Shown: positions 30,989 to 41,773, numbered from the stretch's first letter. The stretch is DNA of 64,000 nucleotides from Deltaproteobacteria bacterium (GCA_016219285.1 JACRNJ010000006.1:4988-68987), one strand, 5' to 3'. Notes: generated by a model from the sequence alone, not told the origin. Numbers and translations: made by a program.

Positions 30989-31095
30989 TTTACAGATCTT
31001 CCCTTTCTAAATTTTACACCAATCTTTTCTGGCAACCCCATAAGAACCTTCTCGGAATTCCAAAGCAGCCATATTTTTTCATTAAGCCATAGCAT

Positions 31096-32826
31096 TTAAT
31101 TTTTGGGAACAAGTTCATAACAATGGTTTAGTTTCTCTATTTTTTCTTTGGTCTCCGACTCTTTTTCTATGGACTCTTTATAATACGGTATCGCCTTCCC
31201 GTATTCACCGATATGATAATAATAATCGGCAATCAATTCACTGTGATTTAAGAGTCTCGGATAAGGATATACACAGGGTATTTTAAGCCTCTGTACCTCC
31301 GACACAAACCTCTCAAACCGTTCCAGCCTTTTCAAGTAATTGTTTTTGCCATCGCTGGATTCCCAGTAGGAAGCGCCTTTTGAGATATCTATCCTGTAAT
31401 TTTCTGGCTCCGCATATGCAGCAGTCCCCGGATGTATAAGACAGAATGCGGAACTCGGGTTTATGGCATATATATATTTTGCGTTACGTCTTATGAAGTT
31501 GATGTTTTCTTCCGCATCATCATCGGTTTCACCAGGCAGGCCAAACATAAAATTCAAGCCGCACCCGACCCCTGCCCTGTAAGAATCCCTTACAAGTCTG
31601 TCTATATCGGATGCTGCGGTAAAAATCTTTCCCACCTTTTTTAAAAGCGGTTTGGAAGTTGATTCAAGCCCATAGGCCAGGGACACACACCCGGCTTTCT
31701 TAAACTTTACCAGAAGCTCATAGGTCATTTCTTTTCTGACCACCGCCTGCCCGCCCCAGAACACATTCAGCCTGTCTCTTATAATATTGTCGCAGAGACG
31801 TTCGATCTCAGTAATATTGCCGTTAATGAGGCTGTCATGAAACTCAAAGTACGAAATATGCGGGTGCTTTTCAATCTGATAACGCATCTCGTCATACAGG
31901 GAATTTCCGCTACGAAAGCGATATCCACCCCAGAACGCTCGCTCATTACAAAAAACGCATTTATTTATACAGCCGCGGCACGATTCTATGGGACATTTAA
32001 AAGGCTCTCTGTATCTGAAAAAATTAAAATCGGTAAAGTCCGGAAATGGTAAGGTATCCAAATTCTTTATGAATGCCCTCGGCGCCACAGGAACTATAGC
32101 ATTGCCACATTTAAACGTAGCGCCCTTACATTCTACAATATCTTTTCCATCATTGACGAGTTTGACAATCTCAAGAAACGTTTCCTCGCCCTCGCCTTCC
32201 ACGACGAAATCAATACTATCGTTTTCTTTGATAATGCTTCTGCCGGTTATCCGCCCGCTTGCGCCGGCGCCCCCAAAAACCACGGTAAGAGCCGGGTTTC
32301 TCTTTTTTATCTCCCTCGCCATATAGGCGCTCATCCGATAGGAGCTGTCAAAAATAGTAAACCCGATTATACGCGCCCCGCTATTGGCTATAAGTTCTAT
32401 ATATTGTTCCAGCGCCTCTTTATTGTCGTTGATAAACGCATCCAGTGTCGAAGGGTTGTCCCAAAACCAGAATACATTATTAGACCACCCGTCGGGGTAT
32501 TGGTGTTTGTTTTTGTTATACATCTCCACATTAATATCAACCGGCATTACCTTTATACCATTTGCCCTTAGAAATGCCGTAAGGCAGGCTATTGCAAGCG
32601 GCGGGGTATCAACACCCCAGCCGGGGGCCTGCACCAGCACCACATGAGGGCTTTTGTATCTAATGGAGGAAAGATGTTTAAGATAATCGCCGGCAGGCCT
32701 TTTATAAAGAAGGCGCGTAACAACAGCTCTTACCGGCACCATCCAGCGCCTTAAAAAAGGAAATACCCCTGCAACCCAAAGTCCGGTGGTAATAACAATC
32801 CTCGCTATGTAATCAAGTAACTTCAT
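31096..32826 (-). CDS. B12-binding radical SAM protein with an N-terminal hydrophobic segment and a TPR-like C-terminus
   Basis: 576 aa with a B12-binding-like domain and a Cys cluster (CPIESCRGCINKCVFCNE). Confidence 0.7.
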   Translation of the reverse strand: MKLLDYIARIVITTGLWVAGVFPFLRRWMVPVRAVVTRLLYKRPAGDYLKHLSSIRYKSPHVVLVQAPGWGVDTPPLAIACLTAFLRANGIKVMPVDINVEMYNKNKHQYPDGWSNNVFWFWDNPSTLDAFINDNKEALEQYIELIANSGARIIGFTIFDSSYRMSAYMAREIKKRNPALTVVFGGAGASGRITGRSIIKENDSIDFVVEGEGEETFLEIVKLVNDGKDIVECKGATFKCGNAIVPVAPRAFIKNLDTLPFPDFTDFNFFRYREPFKCPIESCRGCINKCVFCNERAFWGGYRFRSGNSLYDEMRYQIEKHPHISYFEFHDSLINGNITEIERLCDNIIRDRLNVFWGGQAVVRKEMTYELLVKFKKAGCVSLAYGLESTSKPLLKKVGKIFTAASDIDRLVRDSYRAGVGCGLNFMFGLPGETDDDAEENINFIRRNAKYIYAINPSSAFCLIHPGTAAYAEPENYRIDISKGASYWESSDGKNNYLKRLERFERFVSEVQRLKIPCVYPYPRLLNHSELIADYYYHIGEYGKAIPYYKESIEKESETKEKIEKLNHCYELVPKN

Positions 32827-33947
32827 TGTTTTTTTAAAGACTTTAATATCCTCTTTGCCCTCAAGTTCGCATCAAGCAACTTAAAATTACAGTTCAACAA
32901 TTTACATGCCTTCCGGCAATCCCTTATCAGTTCCCTCTGTATCTTCGCTTTATCAGAGCTCCATATACTCTCGGGCACATCATCCTTTATGCTGCCTATT
33001 GGCTCCATGATTGAACATATTCTCACATTGCCAAACGGGTCTAAGAAAAAATTCTTCGGGCCTATATTACAGGGAAGATTTACAAATTCCGAATCATTGT
33101 GGTTTTTAAGATACACCGATATAAGGCTTAAATGTTTAAAAGAGTTATTGATAGGGTAACCCTTTTCCTTCATAGATATAATCTCATCAAATATGCCGGT
33201 TATATCAAGTGTTTCCCTGCCTGGTTTTTTATATAATTTGCCTTCAGGAAATTCTTTATGTCCGCCGGTCGCATCAAATACCGGAAATGTCCCTGCCTCC
33301 ATGAGCGGCTGAAAATTAATCCCATCAAGCCCCTCTGATACAACAAATTCCACTATCTTTGGAAGTTCTCTGATGTTTTCTTCCATGATAGTAGCACTTA
33401 TAGTAAGCCTCATCTTGCCCCTTTTGCGTAAATTCGTTATTGCCCGCATAACATCATCAAAACTTGCCTCACTGCCTCTGGTGGCATTGTGGACGTTGGG
33501 GTTCAAGCTATTAAGCGAAAGGCTCAGCGAATCGAGACCTGATGAAATTATCTTCTTCGCAAATATTTCGTCTATCAACGAGCCATTTGACACAGCGGAA
33601 GTGATTATGCCATGCGCTGATGCAAACCTTACGATGTCAACAAATCCATCCTTTAAAAAAGGCTCTCCACCTCCAAATGAAAGACTAAAAGTCCCGAGCC
33701 ATTTTTTTAGTTTTACTATAACGGCATTCCACTCATCCACGGTCAGCTCGTTTTCATCAGGCGCAGATGTCCACCTGAAACATGTTGGGCATTTGAGGTT
33801 GCATCTATAGGTTATCTCGCAGAGTATATCCACAGGTTTTAAAGGCGAGCGATTGGGTCTATGAGCGCCAAGCAAATCGTCAAATGTATACTTTACGAGG
33901 TATTTAAGCCCCAATGCTATTCTTTGCCTTGCCCTGCTGTTATACAT
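32823..33947 (-). CDS. Radical SAM protein with a SPASM-like C-terminal Cys cluster
   Basis: CEITYRCNLKCPTCF (CxxxCxxC) near the N-terminus and C-terminal Cys motifs (CSIMEP...CRKACKLLNC). Confidence 0.7.
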   Translation of the reverse strand: MYNSRARQRIALGLKYLVKYTFDDLLGAHRPNRSPLKPVDILCEITYRCNLKCPTCFRWTSAPDENELTVDEWNAVIVKLKKWLGTFSLSFGGGEPFLKDGFVDIVRFASAHGIITSAVSNGSLIDEIFAKKIISSGLDSLSLSLNSLNPNVHNATRGSEASFDDVMRAITNLRKRGKMRLTISATIMEENIRELPKIVEFVVSEGLDGINFQPLMEAGTFPVFDATGGHKEFPEGKLYKKPGRETLDITGIFDEIISMKEKGYPINNSFKHLSLISVYLKNHNDSEFVNLPCNIGPKNFFLDPFGNVRICSIMEPIGSIKDDVPESIWSSDKAKIQRELIRDCRKACKLLNCNFKLLDANLRAKRILKSLKKQ

Positions 33948-34033
33948 ATTACCCCTTACCTTTGTCCCGTCAACTCTCTATAAAAAAAATATGAATCTTT
34001 TTAAGCCTATTATTTTATTGAGAGAGCGCTGTG

Positions 34034-35116
34034 TTATTTATTATTGTTGTAAAATAACTTTTTGATATATTTAGGCGATAGTTTGTATTGTTTATGAAGA
34101 AGTTTTTTTGTATGAAAGACTTTGATTCGCTTCCGGATTTCAAAAAGGGTCGAGGCCGCCCATTTGCAAAAAACAGAATATTCTCCCAACCTTGCAATAA
34201 ATAATAATATTGAAAGCAGAGAAGATGAACCGAATTCTTGCCTGTAAAGCATAGCAGCTTCAACAGCTTTTACCGGTTCTTTTTTAAACAAACGTTCTCC
34301 CATATAACCCAATAAGTATCTTTTCATATTAGTCTCCCACGCATGATAAATACGTTTGTTTGTTTCTTCAGATAAATCTTTATCTCTTATAAAATATTCC
34401 ATGACAATCCTCCAACCGCACAACACATCATTATATAAATTCATATTTGTTGAATAAGAGTTGGGATGAAATACGAACACACCGCAAGGTTTTTTAAATA
34501 TATAAAAAGGATATGATTTAGCAATTTGCATTTCAAAATGAGCATCTAAATGTGCTTTGACATCATAGTTTGGCGTCCACATTTTTAAAACCTTGCTTCT
34601 GAACAATATAGTAGTCCATGTAGGATGGCCTTTCTCCCACATATATAAAAGTCCTTCAGGCGGATAAATTATTCCGTCTTGCCAATCTGTTAAAGTCAAG
34701 GCAATTATCTCAGCGTTTTCATTGGCAACAATTGTTGAGCCTGCGCAAAAGACAGCCTCAGGGTAATTTTCCATGTTAGTCATGGCATCCTCATAAAAAT
34801 TTGGCAGAAGGAAATCGTCGTCAGAAAGTATTGAAAAGAAAGGGGTTTGAACCTGTGACATCCCATACTCCAAATTAGCCAATCCGCCGATATTTTCAGA
34901 ATGGCAAAAATACTTGACTCTGTTATCCTGCTTTGCCAGGCTTAATACAACTTCTTTCGTTCCGTCGCCTGAGGCATTATCGTAAACACATGCATGGAGA
35001 TATGGATGGGTTTGGTTTAATACGCTCAGGATGGCGCGTCTAAGCATTTTGGGCCTTTGGTACGTAGTAATAATCGTAGTTATCTGCGGCAGGTTAGCTT
35101 CCATGATTTTCTTCAT
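34034..35116 (-). CDS. Glycosyltransferase family 2
   Basis: GT-A motifs (ITTIITTYQRPKMLRRAILSVLNQT...YDNASGDGT...SDDD). The start is taken at MKKIMEANLP; the track ORF extends upstream in frame into the flippase gene. Confidence 0.75.
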   Translation of the reverse strand: MKKIMEANLPQITTIITTYQRPKMLRRAILSVLNQTHPYLHACVYDNASGDGTKEVVLSLAKQDNRVKYFCHSENIGGLANLEYGMSQVQTPFFSILSDDDFLLPNFYEDAMTNMENYPEAVFCAGSTIVANENAEIIALTLTDWQDGIIYPPEGLLYMWEKGHPTWTTILFRSKVLKMWTPNYDVKAHLDAHFEMQIAKSYPFYIFKKPCGVFVFHPNSYSTNMNLYNDVLCGWRIVMEYFIRDKDLSEETNKRIYHAWETNMKRYLLGYMGERLFKKEPVKAVEAAMLYRQEFGSSSLLSILLFIARLGEYSVFCKWAASTLFEIRKRIKVFHTKKLLHKQYKLSPKYIKKLFYNNNK

Positions 35117-36621
35117 TTGGATACGGCTCTGTATATATGAATCTGCCTGATAATGGATTTGCGCAACCCAGGGGCAGCGAAGGCGGCGACTCCTATTGTG
35201 ATAAGACCAGCCGCAATGAGATAGAGCAGTTTCGACGGCATGGAAACTACTTCTGGTTGCAAATACCAAAAGACCCAGACGATAAGAACCGCTGCAGAGA
35301 GCGGTAGGCCGAGGTCCGTGCCATACCAGCGCCATTTTTCACCGGGCAGCAAACGGCGGTGTATGAAGTGCATGCCGATAATTACGTAACCAACATTCAG
35401 CGCAACCCATATCCATGCCGCCCCGATGGCTCCGTAGCGCGGGGTTACCCAAAGGATGGCCGGCACCACCACAGCAACCGCCACAATATTCATCCACACG
35501 GAAAAACCGGTCCAACCGTATGCAAGTATGAGCATGTAAGGAATGTGCGTTAAATCGTTGAGCATGGCGCCTAATGCCAGCAAAACCAATAATGGAGCAA
35601 CATTATCCGAAAGCCCCGCGTTGCCTGTCCATAAAACAAGCAGGTTTTTCCCGAAAAACATCATCATGAACGCGGCCGGCGCCACGAACGCGCTGATAAG
35701 CTGCGCGCCCTGATGGTAGGCGCTGATAAGAGCCGACGTATCTCCCCGTGTAACCAACTCGGTAAAGCGGGGATAATATGCTTGCGTAATCGGGCTGGTT
35801 ATTTGGTACAGCGCACCGGCCACAGTCCATGCGAGCATGTAATAGCCGAACATCTCCAAAGTTAACAGACGGGAAAGTATCACCTTATCTATCTGCGTCA
35901 ACAACAACGCCAACAAGGTCGTTGCCATCATCCCGCTTGCGAATCGCCAAACGCTTCGCAGTTGAAACAATGAAAACTTGGCCGAATGTTCCGAAGGCGG
36001 CAAGCGCCGATACACGGCAAAGACGAAAACTGTAACAGTGACAACCGATGCGGAGCACTGCCAGAGAAAAAACGCCTTAATAGTCGGCGATATCCACACC
36101 AATACAATAACCGCCCCTGCCCAGCGCAAAGTGGCGAGTCCGGACACGGCGACATTTAACAATACTTGTTTTTGCAAACCCGCTATCGCGCCATGGTAGA
36201 GACTTTCGACGAAACGCAGAGCGACTACGAATCCCATGATTGATATTGCCTCTGCGACCGTTTCAACGGGCAGTTTTCCCGAGCGTAACCAGTTAGCACC
36301 GAGCCATGTTGACAGGAGCCAAACTCCAACCCCGATCAAAATAGCGATTGCGAAGCAGATCACTTCCAGACTGCGCAGCAAATCACGTATGGATTTATCC
36401 GTATGAGCACCCGCCGTATAGCGCGCCATCTCCCGGTTGAGCGTCGGCGTCATGCCCATATCCAGAAGCGCAAGCCATGCCTGTAACATGATAAACACGC
36501 CTATCAGCCCATACGCCTCCATGCCCAGATATTTGATGTAAACGGGCGCAAACGCAATCCCCATCAGGGCTGTCCAGCCATGACCAAGATAGTTGGCGAA
36601 AATGTTTTTCTTTAGCGACAT
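35113..36621 (-). CDS. wzx: Polysaccharide/O-antigen flippase Wzx (PST/MOP family, multi-pass membrane)
   Basis: 502 aa, highly hydrophobic, with the PST-family N-terminus MSLKKNIFANYLGHGWTAL. This is the most GC-rich gene in the cluster. Confidence 0.75.
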   Translation of the reverse strand: MSLKKNIFANYLGHGWTALMGIAFAPVYIKYLGMEAYGLIGVFIMLQAWLALLDMGMTPTLNREMARYTAGAHTDKSIRDLLRSLEVICFAIAILIGVGVWLLSTWLGANWLRSGKLPVETVAEAISIMGFVVALRFVESLYHGAIAGLQKQVLLNVAVSGLATLRWAGAVIVLVWISPTIKAFFLWQCSASVVTVTVFVFAVYRRLPPSEHSAKFSLFQLRSVWRFASGMMATTLLALLLTQIDKVILSRLLTLEMFGYYMLAWTVAGALYQITSPITQAYYPRFTELVTRGDTSALISAYHQGAQLISAFVAPAAFMMMFFGKNLLVLWTGNAGLSDNVAPLLVLLALGAMLNDLTHIPYMLILAYGWTGFSVWMNIVAVAVVVPAILWVTPRYGAIGAAWIWVALNVGYVIIGMHFIHRRLLPGEKWRWYGTDLGLPLSAAVLIVWVFWYLQPEVVSMPSKLLYLIAAGLITIGVAAFAAPGLRKSIIRQIHIYRAVSK

Positions 36622-36626
36622 TCAAA
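36550..36626. repeat. Direct repeat copy 1 (~76 bp): the 5' end of wzx including its start codon
   Basis: It is near-identical (3-4 mismatches) to 37515-37591. Confidence 0.85.
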
Positions 36627-37064
36627 TTTCCTGCAATATCTCTTGATGTTCCCAGCAATTTCAAAGAGTTTTCCCGTCCATAATAGAACTTCTTCAAATT
36701 TCTTCACATAGTCTTCTTCAAGATACTCGTGAACCAGCTCATTTCTCAAGTCTTTCATCGCCCTCAACAAATCAACACTCTCAACAATGCCTTTCTTTTC
36801 AGCACGATTTGCCACATCGAGCGTTGTGCCTGGTTCTTCAAGCTCAACAAAATCAATATTTCTCAAGACCTTCATTACAATCATATCAACCGCCCTGCCG
36901 AATCTGCCGCACAAAGTCTCAAATGCCTCAAGCTCGGCCTCGTCATAATTTCCCTTTATCCCAATTATTCTGCATTTCTGGTAAGACCTTTTCAGCCAAG
37001 CTAACGACTGATCCAAATCTCGTAAACTTTTGATGAGGATTTCAAGATAATCTTTTTGTGTCAT
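36612..37064 (-). CDS. HEPN-domain protein (HI0074-like nucleotidyltransferase substrate-binding protein), putative toxin
   Basis: 150 aa with an Rx4H HEPN motif (LRNELVHEY). Its stop overlaps the wzx start, and it is paired with the upstream MNT gene. Confidence 0.7.
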   Translation of the reverse strand: MTQKDYLEILIKSLRDLDQSLAWLKRSYQKCRIIGIKGNYDEAELEAFETLCGRFGRAVDMIVMKVLRNIDFVELEEPGTTLDVANRAEKKGIVESVDLLRAMKDLRNELVHEYLEEDYVKKFEEVLLWTGKLFEIAGNIKRYCRKFECR

Positions 37065-37378
37065 AACTTTACTCCTGTCTGAATGGCCATTTTCAGAAAA
37101 GGAGAATCTATTCCCTCTCTTACAATGATATCTATCTTTTGTTCACCTAATGCCTTATACATGTTTATCTTTATAAATCGCCTCTGAATCGGTAATATCC
37201 TCTTGGAAATTACGAGGATATCCAAATCGCCTCCCTTTTTATTCAAATCCGCCCTTGAGCCGAAAATATAGATTCCGGCATCCTTGTCATATTCATATAC
37301 AGCGTCCTTTATCTTTTTAATCTCGTCTGGTTTTAACCTGACAACCTGTGGCGATATGGAAGTATTATTTCCCATCAC
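37061..37378 (-). CDS. Minimal nucleotidyltransferase (MNT, pol-beta superfamily), putative antitoxin
   Basis: GSRAD...GGDLDILV motif. It has a 4-nt overlap with the HEPN gene. Confidence 0.75.
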   Translation of the reverse strand: MMGNNTSISPQVVRLKPDEIKKIKDAVYEYDKDAGIYIFGSRADLNKKGGDLDILVISKRILPIQRRFIKINMYKALGEQKIDIIVREGIDSPFLKMAIQTGVKL

Positions 37379-37514
37379 TTAATTCCTTAATCAAACGACT
37401 GGCAGGCCGATTCCTAATTTCTTTTCCCATAAAGTTGTCCCCTTCATCCCTTCTTTGCCTCTATCAGCATATACTTCCCCATATAAATATTATCGTAAAA
37501 CATAATAAGGGAAT

Positions 37515-37591
37515 AAACGCAATCCCCATCAGGGCTGTCCAGCCCTGACCAAGATAGTTCGCGAAGATGTTTTTCTTTAGCGACATTCAAA
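37515..37591. repeat. Direct repeat copy 2 (~76 bp): a duplicated wzx 5' end encoding only a truncated 40-aa peptide
   Basis: aaacgcaatccccatcagggctgtccagccctgaccaagatagttcgcgaagatgtttttctttagcgacattcaaa. The minus strand reads MSLKKNIFANYLGQGWTALMGIAFIP... then a stop. Confidence 0.85.
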
Positions 37592-37610
37592 AATCCAAGG
37601 GGCGCGCCTC

Positions 37611-38408
37611 TTAGCGAACCCGTTTCAAATACCCGTCCGAGGCCGCGGTTATGAGGAGTTTATGCTCCATTACCTTATCAATCTCAAATTCGGGATGAGT
37701 TTTCAGGTACTCCCACACCGCCGTCTTCGGATTATTTCCTTTGCCCCACGGCCGGTTGGCGCAAAAACCCTCGGGCAAGTCTTCAATGCCCGTATCCCAT
37801 ACAACGCAATAGCTTCCCACGGACGTCAACGGCGCGTAAGCTTTCAACTCGGCCAAGACATGGTTGTGCGTGTGGTCCGAATCTAAAGAGACGAGGATTT
37901 TCTTGTAACTTTTTGCCATTGTCTTCACCCGCTCAATAACGTCCGGAGCAACGGAAGAGCCTTCTATCATCTCGATAAGATGCGCCATCGGATGCGCTTC
38001 AATCGCCTCGCGATTGTGCGGCCGAATCTCGATGTCAAGACCAAGCACCCGCTTTTTCGACGCCTTGGGGTCAAGGGTTTTGCCGGCCTGAACCGCCTCG
38101 CAATAATCCAACAACGCCAACATGGAAGCGCTCATGATTAAAGAACCGCCGTGCGCTATTCCTGTTTCAATTACCAAATCAGGCTTAATATTCCATATTA
38201 ATTCCTGCATGGCATAAATATCTTGAGGAACCTGCATTACCGGGCGGCCAAGCCATGAGAAATTATGCGCGTAATTATACGGAATAATTCCCTTTATCCA
38301 TAGCTGAGTTAATGCATATAAATCCTTATCCTGTCCCATTTGCTCGATATTAGATGCAACTTCTTGCATAAACTTCCTGTCGGCTTCATTCATATACAAC
38401 TCCTCCAA
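37611..38408 (-). CDS. Class I SAM-dependent methyltransferase, cephalosporin-hydroxylase (CmcI)/rhamnosyl O-methyltransferase-like
   Basis: 265 aa. The IETGIAHGGS motif and overall similarity match the CmcI family (PF04989-like). The gene is GC-rich. Confidence 0.6.
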   Translation of the reverse strand: MEELYMNEADRKFMQEVASNIEQMGQDKDLYALTQLWIKGIIPYNYAHNFSWLGRPVMQVPQDIYAMQELIWNIKPDLVIETGIAHGGSLIMSASMLALLDYCEAVQAGKTLDPKASKKRVLGLDIEIRPHNREAIEAHPMAHLIEMIEGSSVAPDVIERVKTMAKSYKKILVSLDSDHTHNHVLAELKAYAPLTSVGSYCVVWDTGIEDLPEGFCANRPWGKGNNPKTAVWEYLKTHPEFEIDKVMEHKLLITAASDGYLKRVR

Positions 38409-38543
38409 AATTTTTATATATTTTCACATGCTTACAACAAGCTTAAGGCGATTGAAATATAAAGAGCCAATTGTTTTTATAGCACTTGCTCCTCTCGTTT
38501 GCGTTTTATGTAATTAACAAAAACCTAAACTCACTCACATTTT

Positions 38544-40166
38544 TCACACAGGATTCAGATTGAAATATTCAGCATATTCTTTCCAAACAATATCTCTTTT
38601 TATTAGTTCATTAAATTTATCCTTATTGAGCTTTATTAGTTCAGGATTCTCATTCATAGCTTCTTGTGCCCTCGCGAGATAATAATACGCAAAAGCATGA
38701 TTTGCGTATCTTCTTATAACGTCTTGAAAACTTTTTGCAGCTATCTGATAATCACCAATTTTCATTCTGTAGTTATTTACAAAGTTAACATCTAAATTCA
38801 TCAAGTATGTCTTCCTTGCAACATCCTCTGCCGTATACTCTGGTGTGTTTATAGCGTCCATCTCACCAATCCTTAGATTTTTTATATATCCTTTCTCTAT
38901 ACATATTCTATATAATTCACTACCCCTAGATGGCGTGGCAATACTAAATCCAGCCCAATCAAGTTCAACATCCTTGATGAACCTTATTGTTTCTTTCCTG
39001 TGTTCATCTCTTTCTCCAGGCATACCAGACACAAAATAGCCTTGAATCCAGAACCCATATTTTCTAAGACTTTGAACAACCGGTCTTACCATTTCAAGCC
39101 TTAATGGTTTTTTTATAATATCATAAAGCACATATGGCGAACCGGATTCAATGGCAAGACATACTGTATGCATCCCTGCCTTTTCCATTAATTCGGTCAT
39201 CTCTTCATCAACAAACGCGACTGTCAGACCATTTGGACACTCAATTCTAAGATTAAATTTAGCCAGTTCTCTGAACAATTGCTTTGCTCTATTTTTGTTT
39301 AAGAGTAGTTGGTCATCGTAAAACGTTAAAATATTCATGCCGTAATTCGACACAAGAAACTCAACATGCTCTATAATTTTTTCCACACTGGCATAACGCA
39401 TGCTTTTGTCGTCATCGGAAGAACGCATACAGAAGGTGCATTTAAAAGGGCAGCCGCGAGATGAAACTAGAAAAAACTGCTTTGGGTTTTCTATCTCGCC
39501 GGCAAATGGCGAAAAAGACTCTTGCATTGTCGAGTATTCGGAAATATTGACGAGGCTGTAATCAATATTTATCACTTCGTCTAAGTTATTAAGTAGTGAT
39601 CTCTCGGGAGTCTTTCCTGCCTTAATAGATTTTTTAGTAACCCAAGACCGGTCATTTTCTAAAAATTCCGGCATGTTTTCACTGTTAATCAATCTTAAAA
39701 ACGGAAGCTCGCCTTCACCAAAACAGATGCCGTCTATATTATCCTGCTCTTCAATTATAACCCTATACGACGGTGTTGTAACGGCCCCGCCTAATACGAT
39801 AATGGCATCGCGATTATACTCTTTTATCGCGTTGGTGATATCACTGACATATTTATAAGAATCATCGAACATCAGTGATAGCCCCACGATATCCGGCTTG
39901 CACTTCAACAACTTTTGATTTATAGTATCAAGATAACTTTCCTCGTCATTATCGTTGCAGTCGAATATTTTTATCTCTACTTTATCTTTGCCGTGCACTT
40001 TTAAATAAGTAGAGAGAGAAAGAACACCGTACGGAAAAGCTTTAAAACTTCTTATTTTGGAATGTTTTGCTTCCACATTTTTTACTAAATATGGCAGTAC
40101 AATTATTAAGATATTCAGACATTTAGTATTCATTTTAATCGCCTTCATATTTTTTGAAGTTTTCAC
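38544..40166 (-). CDS. B12-binding radical SAM protein
   Basis: 540 aa with an N-terminal B12-binding-like domain and SSRGCPFKCTFC. Confidence 0.8.
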   Translation of the reverse strand: MKTSKNMKAIKMNTKCLNILIIVLPYLVKNVEAKHSKIRSFKAFPYGVLSLSTYLKVHGKDKVEIKIFDCNDNDEESYLDTINQKLLKCKPDIVGLSLMFDDSYKYVSDITNAIKEYNRDAIIVLGGAVTTPSYRVIIEEQDNIDGICFGEGELPFLRLINSENMPEFLENDRSWVTKKSIKAGKTPERSLLNNLDEVINIDYSLVNISEYSTMQESFSPFAGEIENPKQFFLVSSRGCPFKCTFCMRSSDDDKSMRYASVEKIIEHVEFLVSNYGMNILTFYDDQLLLNKNRAKQLFRELAKFNLRIECPNGLTVAFVDEEMTELMEKAGMHTVCLAIESGSPYVLYDIIKKPLRLEMVRPVVQSLRKYGFWIQGYFVSGMPGERDEHRKETIRFIKDVELDWAGFSIATPSRGSELYRICIEKGYIKNLRIGEMDAINTPEYTAEDVARKTYLMNLDVNFVNNYRMKIGDYQIAAKSFQDVIRRYANHAFAYYYLARAQEAMNENPELIKLNKDKFNELIKRDIVWKEYAEYFNLNPV

Positions 40167-41773
40167 TCCTTATTCGAGGAGCATCTGTCTTTTAGGAAAT
40201 CTTTTATTTCTGTCACATTATGGCTTTTCTGAAATGATGAGATGGAAATCAACGGCATATCACTGCCAAACTTACCTTTTACATAACGTTCAACTATTTT
40301 GTAATCCGAACCTAAAAAGGAGTATGTTACGCTCCAGAATGGAATCCTGCCGATCTTGACATTATACCCAGGCAATGAGATAGTTTTATCATCCAACTGA
40401 AAACCGGCCTCAATATCCATATTAATATACCCTAAACAATTCTTCCAACTATAAGCGGATAATTTCTTCATTAGAGTTATAAAGTAATAATGCCGAGTTG
40501 TTCCCACCAATACCCATGGATGCAAATCAATTATTCTCATTCTCTCAAATAAAACCTCGTCACGCCCCACCGCTTGATTTATTTTCTCCATATATTGATT
40601 AGCCAATTCATAATCCACTTTGTTTAATCTTAGTTGTACATCTGTAGTACCTCCAATCTCAGGTTTAAACCAGTCGAATCTATCGCGAGCAAACGATTCC
40701 GGAAGATACCCGTTGTCAAAACAGTAATCATATAATTCAGTGCCGGGATAAGGAGAATAAAAAAAACAATTCACGCTATCCGGTTTCGCCTTCTCCACAA
40801 ACTCTAATGTCTGTTTGTAATCGTCTTCATCCTGCGTGGGAATTCCAAACATCAGATTAATAACACAATTTAAACCAAACTCATGACACACCTGCACGGC
40901 CCTGTAAGAATCTTCTACGGTTTGCTTTTTGTTCATAAACTTCAAAAGCTTAGGAGAGGCTGTTTCTATGCCGAAATTTATTGTTTCTACACCCAATTTA
41001 ACAAGTTCGGCCGCAACATCGGCGTTAAAAGAACTCGCTCTGCCTGTAACCTGACTGCTAAATACTATGCTTTTCCCGGATTGCTCGATAGTTTTCCGGA
41101 ATCGTTCTAATTTTTTTGAATCACTGGCAAACAGGTCGTCTAAAAAATGGAAACTCCGTACTCCATATTTATCGTGCAATTCCAGTACATATTCTATAAG
41201 GCTGTCAAAGGGAAAAGATAGAAACTTTTTGCTTCCGGAATGGCAAAAAGTACATTTATACGGGCATCCCATGGCGGTCAATACACTGGCCATTTCCGTT
41301 ACTTTCATTCTTTCAATCTGGCTTTCGGAATGGAAGTGCCGGTTATATAAATGTTTATTCGGGTGTTGTTTGCCGCATATAATCTCTCCATTAAGATTCT
41401 TATATTCATCAAGAATGTTTTCCAATACCCCCATCCCGTCACCCACGACGACTGCGTCAAAAAAACCGGTCTGAATAATTTCATCCGGCATTAAAGTCGG
41501 GTGAATACCGCCGGCTATAATTTTTGCGCTTACCGTATCCCTTATAGCTCCGGCTAAAGACAAAGCCTGATTCCTCTCCCAAGATTTAAATGAAAACCCA
41601 AGTAAATCAGGTTTGTATCGCTCGACAAACAGTTTAAGCTGAGAACCATCTCTGTCTTGCGGTGAAGCAAAGCAGATATCAACTTCCCATCCGTGTTCGC
41701 GAGCAAGAGAACATAACATCGAGGCAGCGAGAGAGGAATTTTCTGTAAATATTACCATTAATAATTTCTTCAT
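40163..41773 (-). CDS. B12-binding radical SAM protein
   Basis: 536 aa with an N-terminal B12-binding-like domain and AMGCPYKCTFC. It overlaps the previous radical SAM gene by 4 nt. Confidence 0.8.
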   Translation of the reverse strand: MKKLLMVIFTENSSLAASMLCSLAREHGWEVDICFASPQDRDGSQLKLFVERYKPDLLGFSFKSWERNQALSLAGAIRDTVSAKIIAGGIHPTLMPDEIIQTGFFDAVVVGDGMGVLENILDEYKNLNGEIICGKQHPNKHLYNRHFHSESQIERMKVTEMASVLTAMGCPYKCTFCHSGSKKFLSFPFDSLIEYVLELHDKYGVRSFHFLDDLFASDSKKLERFRKTIEQSGKSIVFSSQVTGRASSFNADVAAELVKLGVETINFGIETASPKLLKFMNKKQTVEDSYRAVQVCHEFGLNCVINLMFGIPTQDEDDYKQTLEFVEKAKPDSVNCFFYSPYPGTELYDYCFDNGYLPESFARDRFDWFKPEIGGTTDVQLRLNKVDYELANQYMEKINQAVGRDEVLFERMRIIDLHPWVLVGTTRHYYFITLMKKLSAYSWKNCLGYINMDIEAGFQLDDKTISLPGYNVKIGRIPFWSVTYSFLGSDYKIVERYVKGKFGSDMPLISISSFQKSHNVTEIKDFLKDRCSSNKE

